Positions 34,316 through 47,500 of a DNA stretch of 64,000 nt are shown in pieces. How positions within the stretch are numbered: position 1 is the first letter of the stretch; every line of letters begins with the position of its first letter. Under the pieces are notes generated by a model, which saw nothing but the letters and a program-made list of their open reading frames with translations, did not search any database and was not told where the DNA came from. The position numbers were made by a program, and so were the translations under genes. Origin of the DNA: Zygnema circumcarinatum SAG 698-1b (Eukaryota; Plantae; Zygnematophyceae); NCBI GenBank assembly GCA_037447605.1, contig CM074804.1, forward strand, positions 5,247,909 to 5,311,908, written 5' to 3'.

Positions 34316-34894
34316 CTAAGTGTGAGAGAGAGAGAGAGTTCCATGCCATAGATAGAGAGAGAGAGAGAGAAAGAGTCTTCTTGCCGATAGCATTTAGACG
34401 TCCCATTCAGCCCAGCTAGACAAAGATATCAGTGAGAAGATCCTTTCATTGTAATGACTATCCCTAGCCAACCGCTGGCTGGGGTGACTTTCCAAAATAC
34501 AACCTTTATCTAAGTTGAGTCCTGTTTTCCCTTTGGTGTCACTATGCCAAGCTACCATCTTGTTCTATCCTGCCTTACATTCCTCCNNNNNNNNNNCCGT
34601 TACGGGCTTCAGCAAAACTCACCGAATCTTCCCGCACGTGCCGCCGTAAGAGGCGCTCGCTTGTCTTTCCTCCTTTTTGGTTCCGATACGACACGATACG
34701 ATACGATACTGAACGACACGGTACGATACGGCACGATATGGTACGGTACGATACGTACGAAACAACATGAACTCTAACACGAACTGTAACAATACCGCCC
34801 GTCTATTGGTAACACGAATCTTCTATTTGCAAAAATCAATATTTTCGCCTCATATTTGCCAAAACCATGGCGAAAATATGAGGACTGTTGACTG
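34316..34894 (-). mobile_element. Right arm of the inverted repeat pair, ending in a MITE-family TIR
   Basis: Ends GAAAATATGAGGACTGTTGACTG|TA; reverse complement aligns by eye with 17171-17345 and 17795-18045; contains the N-gap 34587-34596. Confidence 0.75.
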
Positions 34895-34896
34895 TA

Positions 34897-35303
34897 GTTA
34901 AATGTACGGCACCAATGGAGCTCGCGACAGGGCCCGCCGGGCGGCCATGCGCCTCCGTACAGAGAGAAAAAGTACGGTCGCAGGCCGGACCCTAACATAA
35001 TACCGCCCGCCTATTGTTTAACACGGGCTTCCTTGTACTGTACAGTAGACCCCCCCAATATTTTCGCCATGGTTTCGGCAAATATTGGGCGAAAATATTG
35101 GGTAGCGAAAATATAAGGGTGCGTGTTAACAATAGGCGGGCAGTATTATATTAAAAAGTGGTTTTGGCAAATTCAGGGCGAAAATATTGGGGAGCGAAAA
35201 TAAGAGGGGCGAAAATATTGGGGGGGTCTACTGTATTTGCAAATTCCAAGATTTTCGCCCAATATTTGCCGAAACCATGGCGAAAATATTAGGGGGGGTA
35301 CTG
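34897..35303 (-). mobile_element. Partial inverted copy of the 10413 MITE, carrying a nested insertion
   Basis: The reverse complement matches 10413-10620; it ends GGGGGGGTACTG|TA at 35303. Confidence 0.8.
35043..35233. mobile_element. 191-bp MITE with perfect 26-bp TIRs and TA TSD
   Basis: TA|CAGTAGACCCCCCCAATATTTTCGCC ... GGCGAAAATATTGGGGGGGTCTACTG|TA. Confidence 0.93.
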
Positions 35304-35750
35304 TACGCAATACCGTACTGTACGAAGTATCTCCTCTCATGCAGGCCTCGGTGCGCACGCCCGGAGTTACGGACGGAACGTCTCCATGCGCCCGACGGGT
35401 TGCCGGCGACGGTGACGGCCGGCCGGCGGGCAGTCAGCCGGCCGTCGGGCTCTACAGCACGGCGTCTGTCGGCACAACCGACCGGCCGGTGACGGCCGAC
35501 GGCGGGCCGTCGACCTGCGGGCGTGGACCGGGCAGCGGAAACAAGCGCGGAGTACAAAGGGCCGGGCAGCAGCGGACGGGAAAAAATGGGCCCAGCAAGC
35601 GCCGCAGGCGACGGAGGGAGGGGAGCCTGGCTGCTTCAGGGGGGGAGGATGAGGGTGAAGGGGGGAGGGGAGAAGATTAAGGCTTTGGTTTAGAAATAAG
35701 GGAAATAAAAGGGTAATTTTGGCACTAATTTGAAGAGATAAAGGGGAGGA

Positions 35751-37047
35751 ATGGGGCGAAGGATGCGATATGCAGCGCTGTTTTGGACTAACATACTCCT
35801 TTTGGCAGGAGTAGTGGCGTCCCTACTTTATCTCGACTATCAGCTTGTGAGATACTTTGATTCTGCAAGTGATTTCAAATATGAGCTGAAAATTGTACAG
35901 ATGAATGATGAGGGGCGGCCGCGAGTATCTGAAGGTGAGAAATTCAGTGGGGATCAATTGTGGTTCCACGAGGTGCGTGTCAAAAAGCATAATCTCGGAA
36001 GAGCATCAGGTTTCTTCACGGTCATTTTGCGTGATGCGAGTACTTCGGAATCACGCAAAGCCATCCTTAGAGAAGAGGCAGATGTACATTCTGGAGAAGA
36101 AGAAGTAAACATAGTGAAAGGAATAGAACGTACGGCAATCAACGGCTTGGAGGGAAAGCTGCAGCTAAGAAAGCACGAAGCGGGAGAAGACAGAAAACAA
36201 CGACATGTTTCTACAGAACAGGAGCGGTGGGTGATGGATGGTGGTGAAGCAGACGATTTAGACTATGCCGAGCAATACTTGAGAGGCACTCATAGACCAC
36301 ACGATGCCGACGATTTTACTAGCTTACGAAGGAGCATTGCTTACATGGAGGCCGAGAGAGCTGCTGACAGTGAATATGGTATGACTTCAGAAGCCGATGA
36401 TGCTACTATGCGGCTTCTTGAAACCATATTCCAAGAACATAAAGCCAATGGCGACGTTGATGCAGATAAGTCGTCAGCTGTTGAAACTGAAGGATATCAG
36501 TTTCTTGATGACAGAGTAAATAGGTAACCGTTTATGGCATCAGAAGAAGCCACGTTGAGAATCGCCTTACCGGTGTGCATAAAACGTATATACTTTGGAG
36601 GAGATTTAGGTGTCTTTTGAATAGATATGATCCCAGCATGCAGTGAATTGTGTAAATCCGTTCACTAGACCTAACAGAATCGTAGCTTCGACAATTGCCG
36701 GAGGGTGGAACAGTATATGGCCTCGAGTTCTTTTTCCCCCCTTCTTATAATCTGAAACGCTTTAAATTGAACACTTTATGCGAGGCATACACTCAGGACT
36801 GAAATTTGGCAGCTCCCCTTAAAAATGACAATCTATTGTTACGAAGATGCGCATTTTGACCTGGTCGATTTGCATTTTGCAACCGCTAATGCTTTGCCTT
36901 TTGACATATAGCAGTGGTCTTATCAATTCGCCTGCCCATTTGCCTCTTAAGAATGCTGCCGACATCCTAGCCACCGCAAGAGACAAAGGCACTGCGCAGC
37001 CAGTGTATGAATATATTGGCTATTGCGCTGGCGTTTACAAGTTTTGA
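35751..37047 (+). CDS. Uncharacterised protein with an N-terminal signal-anchor-like segment (type II membrane-like); 3' structure uncertain
   Basis: 258-codon ORF with hydrophobic ALFWTNILLLAGVVASLLYL; a phase-2 donor near 36523 is compatible with an acceptor near 36915. Confidence 0.55.
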
Positions 37048-38040
37048 TCGAATGTTGCATATTTATTTTGCAAATCGGTGCCAAGCCCATTTGCATTCGG
37101 AGACAAACTAACTTGTTTATCATATGAGATGACTAATGAACGACCGCCAGATGCCTCTCCAGTGCATTTTGTGACCAAGCGGTCAGAGTAGCTTCAAACG
37201 CAACATATGTGCAGATGTCTGCCTTCGGCTGCAAGCAACAGGGGATACGTGTCATTCATGAAACATCTCTGCAGATAAATGCACTTCTTTGCTGAAGTTA
37301 TAAGTGTAGATAACAGGAAACTATGTTTTGAATTCACAGACATTGCAATTGTCGATCACATGCCGAACGTGATTGAGTGTCTCGGCTGATACTTTATTTA
37401 TTGCTGGCCAGAAAGTCTGGCTTTGTAGAGTACAAAACAAAAAGAAGCTCCTCCTAAAATGAATAAATGAATAGGATTGCATCCGAGGCTGCGCGAAAGG
37501 ACTTCCCTTGCTAACAAATGGCCAGAAAAATGGAGAATGTTGAGTGCTTTGCTCTAAACTCACTGACTACTATACATCGCTGTCTCTTTTAGGAAAGGTA
37601 GCAAAACCCAGACATGGCCCGGATAGCAATTATCCTTCGCCCTTTATTTTGTTAGCCATATTGTGTACAGTAACACTCCATAATCGTTCGGTAACCCGTG
37701 CAGTGCTTGCGGAGCGGGGCGCTGCTGAGCTCTATGCCTGCTCATTCGATGTGCAAGCAAGCGTATCACAAGGAGCCTTATACTTTCTTGAGCAACCGCT
37801 ATCCCAAAACTCCCTCGGCTCCTCATGAGACGTTTGAGATAGCAGTCCTTTCGGCAAATCAGCAAACAGACAATCAGCAATCCAGGATAAGCGAGATATG
37901 ACCGTCGACCTAACAATGAAGGACTCATCGACTCGTAACAACATAGGAACCCGCCTCTTGCAACAACTATGAAGTTCTGGTGGTTCACCAGCCTGGACCT
38001 CACCTGGCCGATTGGGAGGACTGCCTGAAATGGTCTAAAG

Positions 38041-41000
38041 TCAAGGAAGCCGCCGTTTATGTGCAGCCTCTGCCGCTCTCCCATACGCGCAGATTGTGTT
38101 CATCATGGGTATCACAGCCGTCCGTAGGTCGGGTCTCTTCCTCGACCTCATTTCTGAGCACGCCACTGCCAGGTCAGCTACCTCCATAGCCAGCTGCATG
38201 GGCCAGTCTCCAGCGAAAGGATCCAAAACTTCCATTAACTGCTCCGGGTCACCCTTTTCAGCAGCATCCTCCACACCCCAGTAGGCCTCGGGTCTCATCC
38301 CTGTGAGAATGTCAAGCAGTAATATCCCGAAGGAGAACACATCCGACATCGTGGTGAATACACCGGTGTGCTGGTACTCGGGGTCTACGTGTCTAAACAT
38401 TCCCCACGCCTTCAGAGTTCGAGTTTCCGTAGAAAGACCTACGGCTGCTTTCGAGGGTCCAACTTCCAGCTTCGCATTGAGATCAGTGTCCAACAGCACC
38501 TTGGCGGCCTGCAGGTTGCTGTGGACAACAGGCTCGGGCTGGCAGTGAAGCTCCAATAGCGCAGACGCAACCTCGGCAGCAATGCGGAGACGCGCACACC
38601 AAGATAGGCAGATTTTGCCACTTTGGCCCCTTAGACCTTCCTCCAAGCTGCCGCCCGGCAGACGCTCATAGATCAAGGCGCAAGGACTCAGACAGTAGCC
38701 AGTCAGCTGCACAATATGAGGGTGTTTTATTCGGCTCAGCTTGCAGACCTGGGCAACATAAACAATCACATTTTCTAAGTTAATAACTTTCGCACGATAC
38801 TTTGATTTTCTTGGAACCACGTAAATACAAGCGCATCAAGCAAGGAAGAAGAAGCGAAGCTAAGCGTCTACCAGTGTACCCGTTTCCCATTTTCTGGAAT
38901 TGGCGAGGCTACATTTGAATGAAAACAGCGTAAGAGAAACAGAATTTCATGCTTCAAGGTGTTGGCCGCACCTCAAGCTCAAAATTTGAATTTTTTTCGC
39001 TCTTTATTTTATGTTTCAACACCTTGATTGCCACAGATGCTGAGACATCTCCTTTCAATTGAATCATCCCACTGTACACGATATTGTTACTACCCTGTCC
39101 AATCTTCCGGGTGGACGAAAAGTTTCCCGTCGCCACCTGAAAGTTAAAAGCAAGGAAAACAGTGCTTAGTTCTACAACACTTGAAAAAGGTTGGTTTTCG
39201 AACTCGAGAACTTACACATACTAGATAAAGTCAGTCCAACATATCCACTTTCATTCAGCAACAGATGCTCTGCTCACCTGAATCTCAGCCTCGGTGTACT
39301 CTCGAAACTCTGATGAGCTCCGTAATACGGATTTTCTATTTTCAACTCCCATTTCATCCATCTGCCCCTGCTCCTTATCTACCCACCGACATTCACCTCC
39401 GTCAAATGCCCAGTAGCCTCCCTCATGGTCCATTGAATCTGCCCAGAATTGAGCGGACTCATCGGTGCTCTCCGCAGCCGTAAGATCCTTCGCAGCGTGC
39501 TTGGGCACCATGCCAAAGAGGTTAACACTTGCCAGCTCCTTCTTCTTGTACTGCAGCTCTGCTTCCAAGAACGACCGGTTTGCTTCTGCGAGCACTCTCT
39601 CCGCCCTATCTTCCGCCAGCTGCCGGCCCTTCTCCGCCTGGTCAGCCCTCTTTCTCTGCCGCTCTAACTCGACCAGCAACGGCTGCTGCTGTGGGCTGCC
39701 GTACGGTCCCGGGCTCAGACCAAGCACGGGGCTGCTATCGGTTGGACTTGCAGACGTAGTGCTGGAAAGCAGATCATCTTCTGATCTCCAGCCCGTTCTT
39801 GACTGAATGGTTTCGCTGCTTGCTCGTCTATGTCCCCCTTCCCCTATCTTAAATTCTAGTCGTTCAAGCAAAGGAGTGGTCGCAGCAAATGCTGCCTCCC
39901 ACTTGCCATGGTGCCTTTTCAGGTCCAAAGCAGAAAGCACATGACTATGTGATTCCAGAAAGGGATGACTTGGAGAGGGACTCGTATAGCAGCTGCTCCC
40001 GCTCTCCCAAGCTGCATATTCGCGATCTCGGCAAATGGGCACAGCCTGACCCCTCCCTTCTCCTCTCGCCAGCCCCACACTCACTGGCGAATTTGACTTC
40101 AACCAGTCGTATCTTCTGTCCCGACCTTCTTCAAATAGCTCTATGTTTTCCACGCTCGAGTCCCCCGTCCCATTCCCCGCCAATAGGTGTTCCTCCACTG
40201 GTCCACATCCTCCTGCCTTGAGAACATGCCCTTCCCACTGGTCAACAAGGGGCACCTGATTTGGGCTATGGTCGCTACCCTCCTCCCCTGACTGCCTCTG
40301 CCCCTCTCTCGCTGCCCTGCAAACCGGCGACACTTCTTGCAAGTCTCCTACCTCGTTGCTTTGTGGCGGTGTATACGCCAGACTTACTCCATAGCCCTCT
40401 CCCACCGCTCCCTCTGCGCCCAGTCCTGTGGCCAAACTCACCTCGTAGAGCTCCAAAGAGGAGCGCTGCTCCGTAGAGAGTTTCCCCGCGGGCGGCCATT
40501 CCGGGACAAGCCCGCGGGCAGTGCGCCGCGCCATCTCCGTCTTGGCGCGTCGCAAAACCCGCAAGGTCGGGGAGGGAGCCTCTGCAAAAGGGCCCGACAG
40601 AGGGCCGGCTTCTTTCTCATCTGCATCACACTGCTTCTCGTCTGTTGCTATTCCTGCCTCCTTAGCTATGGTTTTCTCTAACTTTGCTTTTTGCAATGCC
40701 CAGATCTTCTCTTCCTCCAGCAACCTTGCAACGAGTTTTATTTTCGCCTCCCCTGCGCCATACGCCTCACTGCTCGGCTTGTCTATCGACAGGTTTCCAT
40801 CAGTTTGTCTCCTCGTCCGCGGAATGCTTAGTACGAACTTGTAGTTAGCGTCCTTGCCTTCTTCGAGCCCTCCTGAACCTGCCTCAAACTCTCTGAGGAA
40901 CCCTCCTCCTTGAACGCCATCAGGCTGCCAATCTCCTGTGCGCCTCACGATTGCCTGCCAAGCCTCTCCTTTCTGCTGCTCTGCCATAGTATCCTCTTGT

Positions 41001-43687
41001 ATTGCAGAAGCGAAGCCCTGTAGATTAGTTTCTCCCCATTTCTTCTCTGAAGTTCTGAGTTCTCTAAACGGTTTTGGCCCCTTCTCCTGAGGAGATCGAG
41101 GTGACGCAGGCGGCGGAGCTGCCCCGTGATGGCCGGCACCTTTCTTGGCCTGCGACCCGTTCGCCTTTTCCCTTCCATGGCTTCTCCTATCGTCAGGAGA
41201 AGCAATCTGGGAGCACCACAGATCCAAGTGCCAACCCACGGTGTGTGACCTTGTTCATCAGTTCCCAGTTTCATTCCGGACAACATGCACGTTCAAATAC
41301 CTACTATGTTCGCGCGCCTTCCTTGCAAAAACTCACATCTCTTGTGAGTTGCTAGCCTCTCAGAACTGTCGCTATTATCTCTGCTAGGGGAAGTTTTGGC
41401 TGTTAGAGGAGAGGAGGGCTTTGCTGTTTATATAGGAGACTTGTACACATACATGCAAAAAAACTCAAAGCCCGCATGTCCTCGGCATGCTCATACATGC
41501 GGACTGGAACTGCAGCGCTGCAGCATTAACCACCCTTAACATGAGGATGAGAGCGGCACCTGGCTTCGGCTGAACGAGCCCCGCCATGACCACTGCCTCA
41601 TGAGCGCGCGGCTGAAGAAGTCCCCTCCTCTCTCCGGACTGCCTCTCGCGGGCGAGGCGGCGCCTGCAGCGATCGCCGCGCCCTTCTTCTCGCGCCCCCG
41701 CGGGGTCTGCTTCGGGTTCGCCGCCTGCCCGCGGAGCCCTTCAGGGGACCCTTTCACCTTCTGCGCCGCTTTCGCTTTCGCGCTCCTCTTCATTCCGGCC
41801 CTGCTTTCGTTCTCGCAGGCCGTCAGGGCGGGGCAGCTCCCCTCCGTGTCGCTCTCTGCCCTCCCTCGCAAGTGCTGCACTCGGATCTGCAATAGACCAC
41901 GCGCTCCCCTCTGTAATGGCCACAGGCATGCAGGAGCAGAAAGTTGAAGTTCCATGGCAGCCTTCTCGTGCTTCTTCCCAACGAGTGGCTCACTCACGAT
42001 ACGCGGCAACTACAAGTAGTGAACATGTATACGATCAGCAGTTCTATTTGCTTGTTTGTAAGGCATCACACCAGTGGTGTTAGGTCTTGGACATTGCTAT
42101 CGTTAAGTGCTATAGTACTTTCTGGAGCACTTCAGCTGCTTCAGCTACTTCAGGGAAGTCTTTTCTAAATTTTCCTGTGAGGCAAAGGTGCTGCAGTCAG
42201 TTGAGTTTCTTGACTTCTATTTGTTTTGTTTTACTCTGAAATGGAAGGCGCCTTATTCCCAACTCTTATACTGCTCAAGGCTAACTGTAATCCTGCTAAA
42301 GACGGCAACTAGACGGCAGCTCATTCAGTGCATTCCTTAAATGTTACCTGTGCCTTTATGTAAAGAGCCTTTATACTTCGCACTACTTCGTACAGTTCCA
42401 CGGTAAGCCCCCTTCACCTGGGTAAGACGGCAAGGTACAGTTCTGTAGCTTATGCTTCAAAGGCTTTGTTTTTATGCAAAGAGGGAGAAAAACTCTCCCC
42501 ACTTCCAGGTTTATAAGATCCCTAACGCTCTAGGGTGTTTGGGACAGCGTAGGGCATAATTGAGCTCCTCCCAATCCGTGATTTCAAGGTTTTAGGCTTT
42601 TGAGATATGCGGCGATTTTAGACTTTCCTAGGAATCACTTTGCTACTCACGTCAGCTGAAAACATTTTCCCAACTTTTACTCCTAGCATCCTGCCTCTCT
42701 CTCCTTTCCATTAGCAGCGCCTCCCCCACTTCTCAATACCTGCAAATCGATTGGCGGCCTCTCCTCCACTTCCAGGCGCCTCCTTAGCAGCAGCAGCCGG
42801 TCACCCTCCTGCGCAATCCTCTGCAGTTCCGGCTGCACGATGCGCTCCAGACTGGGCCTCAGGTCCTTCTGCTGCTCCGCGCAGAGCAAACCGAGCCGCA
42901 GCACCTCCCTGGTCAGCCCTAGCGGCCATCGCCCTGCACTGCTGTCAAGGTGCTGCATGACCACGTCCATGGCGGTCTGCAGGTTCCTCCGCGGCAACGA
43001 GGGCCCGCAGGTCTCGAGCAGCTTGTGCAGGTCGCTGACGCGGTGCAGGCCCGTGACGAGCTGCAGCAGGATGAGGCCGAGCGCGTAGACGTCGTACTGC
43101 TTGGTGAGCTGCAGCGTCTGCAGGTAGTAGGGGTCGATGTAGCCGATGGTGCCACGCACGCGCGGGCCGGAGTGCACCGCGGACTGGTCCGGGAAGAGCT
43201 TGGCGAGGCCCATGTCGGTGAGCTTGCTGGCGTTGTGGCGGTCGAGCAGCACGTTGGCGGGCTTCAGGTCGCGGTGCAGCACGCGCCGCGAGTGCATGTA
43301 CAGCAGCGCGCCGGCGATCTCGGACCCGATGCGCAGCCGCTCCTCCCACGACAGCGGGGAGGCGGAGGCCGAGGCCGAGGCCGCCAGGCGGTCGTAGAGA
43401 CTGCCGCCCGCCATGTACTCGCTGACCATGCAGAGGCTGGCGGGCGCGCAGCCCATGAGCAGCACGATGTGAGGGTGCCGCAGCTGCCGCAGCACCTCTA
43501 CCTCCGCCTCAAACTCGCCGGGCTGCCCGCCAGCGTGCAGCCGCTTGATGGCCACCAGCGTGCCGTGGAGCTGCCCTTTGTAAACTTCGCCAAACCCGCC
43601 CCGACCGAGGAGGTTGCTGCTGGAGAAGTTCTCCGTCGCCTGCATGAGCTCCTCATGGCTCAGGTGCCAGAGGTCCTCCTCCGCCAT
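38041..43687 (-). CDS. Probable tandem kinase protein: RLCK-like kinase, long low-complexity/coiled-coil linker, RLCK-IXb (PUB33-like) pseudokinase. Could be two genes
   Basis: Kinase 1 (43687-~42738): GRGGFG, VAIK, HRDLKPAN, DMG. Phase-0 exons ~41886-41560, ~41205-39278, 39136-38972 and 38748-38041. Kinase 2: GQGSNN, VAIK, HSNLQAAK, EVG, HVDPEY. The join across 42737-41887 is inferred only. Confidence 0.75.
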
Positions 43688-44535
43688 GGCGACAAACCCT
43701 AAAAGCTCCCCTTCTTGCCCCCTGCTGCCAATTCACGGCCCCTGCGCCGCCGCCATGCGCGGAGCGAGCGCGCGGGCGGGCGGGCCCGAGGGAGGGAGAG
43801 AGGGCGGCTTTGGACGGTAGCGGGTGGACCCTCCCGGGGCCGTACGGACGGGCGCACAGCGGCGCTGGGCGGCGCGAGGCCCTCCTTTTGGCATTGCTCG
43901 CCCACCGACACCCGCGGGCGGGCGACCCGCCCGGCCGCGCAGGCCGTATGAAGGTACGGACAGTCGGTCGCAACGCGACTGGACGACTTTCGTCGTAGGG
44001 GGGGAGCGGGGCAGTCCGAGGTCCTCGCAAGCTGACAAAAATCGCAGTCCTTGGAGGGGCAGTCCTCGGGCGGCAGCAGGACGAGCAGGCGCTAGAACAG
44101 ATCTAGTGTACGAAGATACTCGTACGGTTCGTACGAAAGGCCGCGGCCGCGGGCGGGCGCGCTCACCGGGAAAAGCGGGGGGCCGGAAGCGGTACGGCCG
44201 GCGAGGCGCTGCCAGGTGGCGCCAGGCTGGCTGGCGGGGCCCGCGTGGTCCCTCTGTGAGCGCGCTGCGGCCGAGGGCGGGGACGTACGAATGTACGGAC
44301 GCTGCTTGCACGCACATACATGCGCGTTGTGTAGTTCGGGGGCGACGCTGCTCCGTGCTGCGGTCAGTTCCGCTCCCACCCTTCGATCTGTTGCGCTCGC
44401 TGCAAGGAGCGGCGGGCGGAGGGAGGCAGGGAGGAAGGGCGGGAGGGAACAGTCAGGCGGGCGGGCAGGTGGGCCAATGCTACTGCAGAAAAGATTCCTT
44501 CCCCTTCCCTTCCCTTCCCTTGCGAAGCCGATAAA

Positions 44536-47500
44536 ATGACGCAGGTTTTCCTGACCGCCTCATTACCACTGCAGTTCAGCGAGCTTTGCAAGCTGCAAGT
44601 CCATTTTAAAGAGATTGTGCTTTTCAAGAATAGCGTTACCGATTGCGTGGGTCCACACAGAGAACCCTTCTACCGGAAGCTCATGCAGGCCTGTAGCCGT
44701 ATCACTACTCTCCTTAAAAGCTATTCGGTCTGTGTCGTTCCAGCTCAAGAGCGGGTGATTGAGGTCATATATGAGGTAATGGCCGAAAACCTGCTGACTG
44801 CTTAAATTTTTAATTCAATAATCCAGACGGGTTACCTTGTTTGAATTCATGAGATTCAATTCACTTCTATTGAATCCATATCTAAACCCAAAACCAGAAG
44901 AGAGATTTACATATGAACTAGGAACCGGCTAACCAAGGCGTGCGATTTTTTCCAAATGTCGTACTTTTAGTTCTTTACTTGGAAGATAAAGCAACGGATT
45001 ATCTGACTTCTCGTCATTTATGCTTCTTCTGCAAAACCAGAGGCGACATAAGAAGGCGGTGAAGAAATGTCTCAAGAAAGAGAAGAAGAATTTGCAGGCA
45101 AGTTCGCCTTCCGCACCATCACTAGACTACACTTCAGTTTTTTCTCGTGGGATTTCAATGGAGCTTCGTCAAGTTTGACTCCTCACTTTCAAAGGTAACT
45201 GCGGCGACAGATCTCAATCAACAAGAATGCAGAAGATGAAGTTCCATCAGAGCTTCTTCGCCGCGTGATCTTGAAGTGCCTCGAACAAGTTCTTATTGGA
45301 CGGGGATGGACGCCCATAGACCATGGAAAACTTATTGGCTGTAATATTTCTCACGAAAAAGATGGAGCTGCAACAGAACTGGTAACTTTGGTGAGATGCT
45401 GAAATCTTCACATTAATAGTTTCAGGCTGCTAGTTTCAGCTGCTTGTTTTACTTCTACTGCGACAACTGTAGCGTCATCAAGACAGGTCAGTCACCACTA
45501 GAGTGAGGTGCGTGGAAATTGGCAGGAGGTTCAATTGGAAGGAAGCAACAGGCTGGTCCTGCTGGTGGTGCCAGAAGTCGTGAGATGGCGACATTTCAAG
45601 GTGAAGCGCTTTCTGTTGCGGCACTTCAGCTTTATTGCCATGCTCCAAAAATCGTGGGGGGGCTTGATTTAAACGGGATCCGGTCAAATGTTCAGAGAAA
45701 TTTGTTTGATCGCATCCAAAAATCTCAATAGATAAAGATCTACACTGCACTGGGAGCCATAACTCTTTTTCTGGGAGTAATAGTTTGTCACGCCGATTGA
45801 CATTACGAGTTATGGTTTATAATAAGGTTTATGAGTTGTGGTGCTAACCATGCAAAATGTCCAATTCCCTGCAGGTTAGCCAGCAATTGGAGGAGACGTT
45901 GGGACACTTAGGTGCATGTCCCTTGACTGATATCAAAGAGTGGCTCACGAATCAAGAAGAAGAAACAATAGCGAAGCTCAAGTGCAGAATTGTGCCAACG
46001 TTGGCCGAAGGATTTGTTGTAGGTGAGCCGCGTAAATGAAAAACATCCGGGCGTTCATGATTTTGGTGAAAGCACTAAGCTACAAAAACAAATCACTGTT
46101 TTTTGGTGCCTAATCGAGATTTGAATTTGGAATCACGAGGTTTACCAGGTTCATGGCAAGATGCTCCGAAAGGGACTACAGCGGACGAGCTGAAGCTATT
46201 CTGGCAACATCAGGCGAGTCACTCCTCAACTGAGGGCGATGTGGTTGACAATAACTCATTTGAATATGAAGCTGTCACTTTTGGGAAAATTTACGCGCAT
46301 TTAAACGAAGATGCGAGCACAACTTCGTTGATCCTTCGTTTTCATGTATTTCGTCCAATTTCTGCTTTTTCGGTTTTCAGATTCCTACCTTGATATATTC
46401 ATGCTCGAAACGCTTTTAATGGTATTGCGAAGCCATCGTTTTTGCTATGCAGACTGGGATGGTTCTGACAAGTGGCGTCAGATGGATCTCTTTGGTAATC
46501 GGCGACGACAGGGAATGCTCAAAAATGCTGTAAATACCTTTCATTACATTTCGTTGACATCAGGCTTTTGCTTCCCATATAATTTTTGAAATTTATCTCG
46601 ACGGAGTAGCGCTATTTTGACTACATTTTGGTGGTCATTTTTACATTCCAGGTATCCATCCTGTTGTACGTTGACCGCCACTGGATTGATGCCGGCACCA
46701 CTCACTGCTCGTACAGAAAAGATGGCTGTCCTAATGAAGCGGCTGAGAATCGACTTGGAGTCATGGGACGTGTTTGGGACCGGGAACATCGCATTCCAGG
46801 TGACTCGACGTAGTGTCGGCTCTATTATCTGAAACACAAAAACTCGGATTTGAATGGTTGACAAAAAGTTGTTCTTCACACAACCACGCAGGGGTATGGA
46901 AGCGCCGAGGATCAAAGACCAGCTATGCTCCATGAAGATGCCACGTGGAAATCAGCTTCAGTGATGATTAAACCAGACACGCTGCATCATGCTTTTCGGA
47001 ACGAGGATGGCCGCGAGGCAAACGATGACTTGGAACACAACGAGGATTTGTGCATTAACTTAACGAGAGCTGCAAATATTGGTGCAGTATCACTTAGCAG
47101 CCCTTTTTCTCATAGTAGCTTTACTGTTTGTCAGTCTGACTTTTCTTATCGTCCACGTTAAGGAATTAAGCATGAGCTTTAATTGTTGGAATATAAAGTG
47201 TACACTGGCGAGTAAAAATGTAACATCAAATGTCGCTTAGGTAATAAAAGCCTAACTGCCATGATCTAGCAGGATCTGTGCGAACTGAGAAACCTGAATT
47301 CCAACACTGGGTGGCTTCTCCGGCATCAACTCCAATCGACCTTCCTTCTTCAACCACTCAAGAGCCAAATTGCTCCTCCTCAGCAACGGAATGTCCGCCA
47401 TCCAGTCGGCCAATACTTGCTCCTCGTTTCATGCGACGCAAGTGCTGCAGTACGCAAGAACCAGCAAGTAGGTTCTGTGATTTATACTGCAACTACACCT

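Larger units (their letters stand above)
19836..34596. other. Five 10-N assembly gaps (19836, 22261, 30201, 32997, 34587)
   Basis: Uniform 10-N runs, so true gap sizes are unknown and adjacency across them is unverified. Confidence 0.95.

Noticed and set aside
42738-43687. Very high GC of the first kinase exon suggesting horizontal transfer
   Set aside because: Other exons here are similarly GC-rich (e.g. ~3450-3730) and the kinase is a plant-type RLCK.
43700-44540. Several 100-236 aa Arg/Gly/Ala-rich ORFs on both strands
   Set aside because: GC-rich divergent promoter/UTR region with few stop codons; no domain signal.
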